This document shows, piece after piece, positions 59,387 to 64,000 of a DNA stretch of 64,000 nt (its first letter is position 1; each line of letters starts with the position of its first letter). Below the pieces are notes generated by a model, which did not search any database, was not told the origin of the DNA, and was given only the letters and a program-made list of their open reading frames with translations. The stretch covers positions 2,355 to 66,354 of the forward strand of contig JBBFLL010000012.1 in assembly GCA_037479045.1 (NCBI GenBank). The letters run 5' to 3'. This DNA comes from Brevinematales bacterium (lineage in GTDB: Bacteria > Spirochaetota > Brevinematia > Brevinematales > JAOACQ01). Position numbers and translations under genes: made by a program.

Positions 59387-62080
59387 TTACTTTTTATTCT
59401 TTTCTTCAATAACAGCCTGTGCTGCTGCAAGTCTTGCTATAGGAACTCTGAAAGGTGAGCATGAAACATAGTTCATTCCAACTCTATGACAGAATTTTAC
59501 AGATTTAAGTTCTCCACCATGTTCTCCACAAATACCAACCTTAAGATTTGGTCTTGTGCTTCTACCTTTCTCAATAGCCCATTTTACAAGCATTCCAACA
59601 CCTTCCTGATCAAGTGACTGGAATGGGTCATCCTTAAAGATTCCTGTCTTCTTCTCATCAACATAATCTGGTAAGAATCTTCCAGCATCATCTCTTGACA
59701 TACCGAGAGTCATCTGAGTAAGGTCATTTGTACCAAATGAGAAGAATTCTGCAACTTCTGCTATTTTATCAGCAAGCAAAGCTGCTCTTGGAACTTCTAT
59801 CATTGTTCCAACCATATAGGATACTTTTACTCCCATTCTCTGTATTACTGATTCAGCAACTTCTCTTGTCTTTGTTTCAAGAATCTGCAATTCTTTCTTA
59901 TCAATAATCAAAGGAATCATTATTTCTGGAAGAACTTTGATGCCTTCTTTTGTGCATTCACAAGCTGCTTCCATAATAGCTGTAACCTGCATTTCAAGAA
60001 TTTCTGGATAAGTAATAGCAAGCCTACATCCTCTATGTCCAAGCATTGGGTTTGCCTCTTTGAGCTGTTCTACTCTATGTTTAACCTTTTCAAAAGGAAC
60101 TCCAATCTTCTCTGCAAGATGCTTCTGAGCTTCTTCTTCATGAGGCACAAACTCATGTAATGGTGGGTCAATAAGTCTTATTGTAACTGGAAGTCCATCC
60201 ATTGCTTTAAATATACCTTTGAAGTCTTCTTTCTGGAATGGAAGTAGCTTTGCAAGAGCTTTCTTTCTACCTTCAACAGTATCAGCCACAATCATTTCCT
60301 GAATAGCAAGTCTTCTTTCTTCTGTATCAAAGAACATATGCTCAGTTCTACAAAGACCTATACCCTCTGCACCAAGTTTTCTTGCATTTTCTGCATCATA
60401 AGGTGTATCTGCATTTGTTCTGACATTGAGTTTTCTTATCTCATCTGCCCATTTCATTATCTTATAGTAACTTTCTGGTAATTCTGGAGTGATAAGTTTG
60501 AGAGAACCTTCAAAAACTTCTCCAGTAGAACCATTGAGAGTAATATAATCTCCCTCTTTTATAACTTTATCCCCAACTTTAAAGAGCTTTTTGTCATAAT
60601 CAATATCAATCTTTTCACAACCTACAATACAACATTTTCCCCAACCTCTTGCTACAACAGCAGCGTGAGAAGTTTTTCCACCTGTAGCGGTAAGAATACC
60701 CTGAGCAGCATGCATACCACCAACATCTTCAGGGCTTGTTTCTTTTCTCACAAGAATAACCTTTTCACCTTTTTCAGCCCATTCTTCTGCATCTTTAGCT
60801 GTGAAAACTACTCTACCAGTTGCAGCACCTGGAACAGCATCAATACCCTGAACAAGGAATTTTTTCTTTAATTCATCTTTCTGTGATGGATCAATAATAG
60901 GATAGAAAACTCCCTCTATATCTTTGTCTTTTATTCTCAATACAGCCATTTCTTTTGTAATAAGTCCTTCTTCTACCATATCAGTAGCTATCTTAAATGC
61001 TGCAATAGGAGATCTCTTTCCAGTTCTACACTGTAGCATATATAATTTTCCTTCTTCAACTGTAAATTCGAGATCCTGCATTTCTTTATAGTGCTTTTCA
61101 AGAATCTTTCTTACTTCTTCAAGCTGAGCATAAACTTTTGGGTCTCTTTCTTTGAGTTCAATAAGTTTCATTGGGGTTCTTATACCTGCTACAACATCTT
61201 CTCCCTGTGCGTTAACAAGATAATCTCCATAGAATACATTTTCTCCAGTGTTTGGGTCTCTTGTGAAACATACCCCTGTTCCAGAGGTCTCCCCCATATT
61301 TCCAAAAACCATTTGAACAACGTTTACAGCTGTTCCAATTATACCTTTGAGGTTTTCAACTCTTCTATATGTTACAGCTTTTTCTGCCATCCAGCTATTG
61401 AATACTGCTGCGATAGCACCCCAGAGTTGAACCTGTGGATCCTGTGGAAAATCTTCACCGAGTTCTTTCTTGTAAAGATCTTTAAACAACTGACAAACTT
61501 CTTTTAATTCTTCTGCATTAACATCAGTATCATTTACTTTCTTTCCTTCAGGAATACCAAGTCTTTTTCTTGTCTTTTCTTCTTTAATCTTTTCAAAAAT
61601 GTGATCAAACTTCTCTCTTTCAATTCCCTTTGCAGTTGAGCCATACATCATTATAAATCTTCTGTAAGCATCGTAAGCAAATCTTGGATTGTTGGTTTTC
61701 TTTGCAAGCCCCTCAACAGACTGATCATTTAAACCCAAGTTAAGAATTGTTTCCATCATACCTGGCATTGAAACAGGTGCACCAGATCTTACTGAAACAA
61801 GCAAAGGATCATTTGGATCTCCAAGTTTTTTGCCCACCAATTTTTCAAGTTTCTTGAGATTTTCTTCAACCTCTTCCTTTAAGCCATCTGGATAATTCTT
61901 GTTGTTTTTGTAATAAAGATCGCAAACTTCGGTAGTAATGGTAAAACCTGCTGGCACTGGAAGCCCAATAGAAGTCATTTCAGCAAGACCGGCTCCTTTA
62001 CCTCCAAGAAGCTCTTTCATTGTGCCATCGCCATCTGCTTTACCACCTCCGAAAAAATAAACCATCTTTTTCTTTGCCAT
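59387..62080 (-). CDS. ppdK: Pyruvate, phosphate dikinase
   Basis: LLGGKG, SVRSGA, SMPGMM, GGKTSHAAVVARG, GLCRTEHMF, GICGEHGG. Confidence 0.98.
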   Translation of the reverse strand: MAKKKMVYFFGGGKADGDGTMKELLGGKGAGLAEMTSIGLPVPAGFTITTEVCDLYYKNNKNYPDGLKEEVEENLKKLEKLVGKKLGDPNDPLLVSVRSGAPVSMPGMMETILNLGLNDQSVEGLAKKTNNPRFAYDAYRRFIMMYGSTAKGIEREKFDHIFEKIKEEKTRKRLGIPEGKKVNDTDVNAEELKEVCQLFKDLYKKELGEDFPQDPQVQLWGAIAAVFNSWMAEKAVTYRRVENLKGIIGTAVNVVQMVFGNMGETSGTGVCFTRDPNTGENVFYGDYLVNAQGEDVVAGIRTPMKLIELKERDPKVYAQLEEVRKILEKHYKEMQDLEFTVEEGKLYMLQCRTGKRSPIAAFKIATDMVEEGLITKEMAVLRIKDKDIEGVFYPIIDPSQKDELKKKFLVQGIDAVPGAATGRVVFTAKDAEEWAEKGEKVILVRKETSPEDVGGMHAAQGILTATGGKTSHAAVVARGWGKCCIVGCEKIDIDYDKKLFKVGDKVIKEGDYITLNGSTGEVFEGSLKLITPELPESYYKIMKWADEIRKLNVRTNADTPYDAENARKLGAEGIGLCRTEHMFFDTEERRLAIQEMIVADTVEGRKKALAKLLPFQKEDFKGIFKAMDGLPVTIRLIDPPLHEFVPHEEEAQKHLAEKIGVPFEKVKHRVEQLKEANPMLGHRGCRLAITYPEILEMQVTAIMEAACECTKEGIKVLPEIMIPLIIDKKELQILETKTREVAESVIQRMGVKVSYMVGTMIEVPRAALLADKIAEVAEFFSFGTNDLTQMTLGMSRDDAGRFLPDYVDEKKTGIFKDDPFQSLDQEGVGMLVKWAIEKGRSTRPNLKVGICGEHGGELKSVKFCHRVGMNYVSCSPFRVPIARLAAAQAVIEEKNKK

Positions 62081-62354
62081 ATATATTTACCTCCAAAAAA
62101 AATCTTTTCATTATATTTTATACTTTTTTTTTAAATATTGCAAAGAATTATTTATTAATTCACCATACTTTCTTGAATAGTGTTTTGGTAGGAAGTATAG
62201 TTAATTTTAGAAATTCAAAAAGGTTATAGCAAAAAAAACTATTTAAAATTTTACTACCAGAAACTGGCAATCCTTAAAATCCTTTAAGTATAATCTTTCC
62301 GATAGTTCTTTACAAAATTGTAAAATAATCCTCAGCTAAGGGTAGTTTAAATAT

Positions 62355-62383
62355 TTGACATTTTTTCTTCAGAATTATAAAAT
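62355..62383 (+). promoter_or_regulatory. Pc-like promoter facing the cassette array
   Basis: TTGACA-17 bp-TAAAAT, ~80 bp before the cassette boundary. Confidence 0.65.
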
Positions 62384-62409
62384 TAAACAGATTAAAAAAT
62401 AAAGCAAAT

Positions 62410-62470
62410 TTCGTATATTACTTTGAATTGAGCAATAAAGCGAAGTACTGCGTATATAAATGAGTTAGCT
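62410..62470 (+). other. Putative attI-like recombination site
   Basis: GTTAGCT core at 62464, complementary to the cassette's R'' box AGCTAAC; no attC hairpin upstream; CGTATAT direct repeats at 62412 and 62451. Confidence 0.5.
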
Positions 62471-63991
62471 GAAAGGCACGGGCAAGTTTGTTAATAAAAA
62501 TGTGCGGCATCCTTGCCGCATTAATTACGTAGAATATAATTCTTGACAAAGGAGCTATAGGTTAATGAAATTATTGTTTGTTATATTTCTCTATTTTAGC
62601 TTTTGTTCTTTTTTAGGTTGGCTTATTGAAACATCATTTCGTACTATTAAAGATAAGAAATTTGTTAATTCTGGATTTCTTTATGGTCCCTTTGTTCCAA
62701 TTTATGGATTTGCAGCAATATTCATTTTTCTCCTTGATACATTTTCATATAATTTATTTTTACCTGCCCGTTTAATAATTTTCATATTAATACCAACAAT
62801 AATTGAGTATCTTACTTCATTTTTATTTGAAAAGATATTAAATCTTAGATTATGGGATTATTCAGATCAAAGATTTAATCTTCATGGTAGAATTTGTTTG
62901 AAATTTAGTATAATCTGGATATTTTTAGTGTTAGCTGATATCTTTATAGTACAAAAATTTATAATAGTTATTTTAAATAAACTACCTATTTCTTTTCTTC
63001 AAATATCTTCTACTATATTATTCATTTATTTCACAATAGATTTGTTTTTTACAGTTAAGGTATATCAGAATTTTATATTAATAATAGATAAGTTAAAATC
63101 TTTTGAATTTAATAAAGAAACAAATCCTAAAGATATATTTATTAACAACCCAATATTATTAAAGTTAAAAGATATTTTTAGACCAATTTCAGCATTTCCA
63201 CATTTATTAGTTTATGTTCAAGATAATATTTATAATATATTTAATATTTTGCAAGATGCTGTTGGTAATAATATTAAATCAAAATCAGAATCTGTTTTAA
63301 ATTATCTTAATGATAATGAATTTTCTGAAATAATTAAGGACATTATCAATAATTCGGAATACCAGAAATTAAAAACGATTCATCATCACGAACACAGTAT
63401 TTATAACCATTCACTTCATGTTGCCTGGCTTTCATATAAGATTGGTAAATATATTGATAAGTATACTAAAATCCGTATTGTAGATCTTACTCGAGGAGCT
63501 CTTTTGCATGATTTTTTCCTTTATAATTGGAGAAAAGAAAAACCCCCTTCCGGGAAATTACATGCTTTTGAACATCCAAAGGAAGCATTAAAAAATGCAC
63601 AATGCAATTTTTATCCAATATCAAAAATTGAAAAAGATATTATATTAAAACATATGTGGCCTCTAAATTTAATACCTCCAAGATATATAGAAACTCTTAT
63701 AGTTGTGATAGTTGATAAATTAATAGCTTCAAAAGAATTAATTATCGAATATCATAACAATAATAAAATAAAAAGAAATAAAAAGAAAAGTTAGCGGCAT
63801 CCGTGCCGCCCGTTATTATACAATGCCCGTGCCCATCAGCTAACAGCGGGTTAGCGCTGCGCTCCGTCCTCGCCTGCGGGCTCCGGGCGGTGCTCGGGCT
63901 CCGCCACATTTTGCTCTGTCACGAAATTTGCGCGTGGGAAGCAAATTTCGCGCCAGGCCTGCGGCACGCAAAACGTCGCCAACCCGCACCG
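62465..63991 (+). mobile_element. Integron gene cassette
   Basis: Bounded by G/TT crossover points at 62464 and 63991; single very AT-rich ORF followed by attC. Confidence 0.75.
62565..63794 (+). CDS. DUF1113/CmpB-like membrane domain fused to an HD domain (cassette gene)
   Basis: GWLIE, GFLYGPFVPIYG, WDYS...NLHGRIC; HSLHVA, ALLHDFF, HP, HMWP. Confidence 0.85.
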   Translation: MKLLFVIFLYFSFCSFLGWLIETSFRTIKDKKFVNSGFLYGPFVPIYGFAAIFIFLLDTFSYNLFLPARLIIFILIPTIIEYLTSFLFEKILNLRLWDYSDQRFNLHGRICLKFSIIWIFLVLADIFIVQKFIIVILNKLPISFLQISSTILFIYFTIDLFFTVKVYQNFILIIDKLKSFEFNKETNPKDIFINNPILLKLKDIFRPISAFPHLLVYVQDNIYNIFNILQDAVGNNIKSKSESVLNYLNDNEFSEIIKDIINNSEYQKLKTIHHHEHSIYNHSLHVAWLSYKIGKYIDKYTKIRIVDLTRGALLHDFFLYNWRKEKPPSGKLHAFEHPKEALKNAQCNFYPISKIEKDIILKHMWPLNLIPPRYIETLIVVIVDKLIASKELIIEYHNNNKIKRNKKKS

Positions 63992-63997
63992 TTATAC
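63838..63997 (+). repeat. attC site (160 bp)
   Basis: R'' AGCTAAC ... R' GTTATAC; inner arms GCGGGTTAGCG / CGCCAACCCGC; GC-rich imperfect palindrome after the stop codon. Confidence 0.82.
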
Positions 63998-64000
63998 GCC

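Noticed and set aside
62448-62474. Possible dif/Xer site or LexA box at the cassette boundary
   Set aside because: The match to either consensus is poor; complementarity to the cassette's R'' box explains the sequence better.

Overview
AT-rich bacterial chromosome segment. The gene set suggests a diderm anaerobe, plausibly a Brevinematales-like spirochaete; that assignment is inference. Core genes include purA, metE, parAB (with a parS site inside parB), cinA, purD, pfkA, radA, hpf-hprK-ptsH with an NtrY/NtrX-like pair, fliA and ppdK. There are also two MacB/LolCDE-type ABC systems, a cadCA operon, an MNT-HEPN pair and a beta-1,3-glucan locus (GH16, GH161-like, GH94). Four things stand out. 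(1) A three-gene RiPP/glycocin-like operon (short S8 peptidase, SunS-like GT2-TPR glycosyltransferase, 89-aa Gly/Ser-rich peptide) whose sigma70 promoter has a C15 tract between -35 and -10, which looks phase-variable. (2) A ~400-nt non-coding element in two diverged copies whose helices show extensive compensatory substitutions, plus a third distant relative; one copy sits between a cobalamin riboswitch and metE. (3) The start of an integron-like cassette array at the right edge (promoter, attI-like site, one full cassette, 160-bp attC) with no adjacent integrase gene. (4) Several small MITE/REP-like elements. I saw no tRNA, rRNA or CRISPR array. All family assignments come from motif recognition by eye; no database searches were run.
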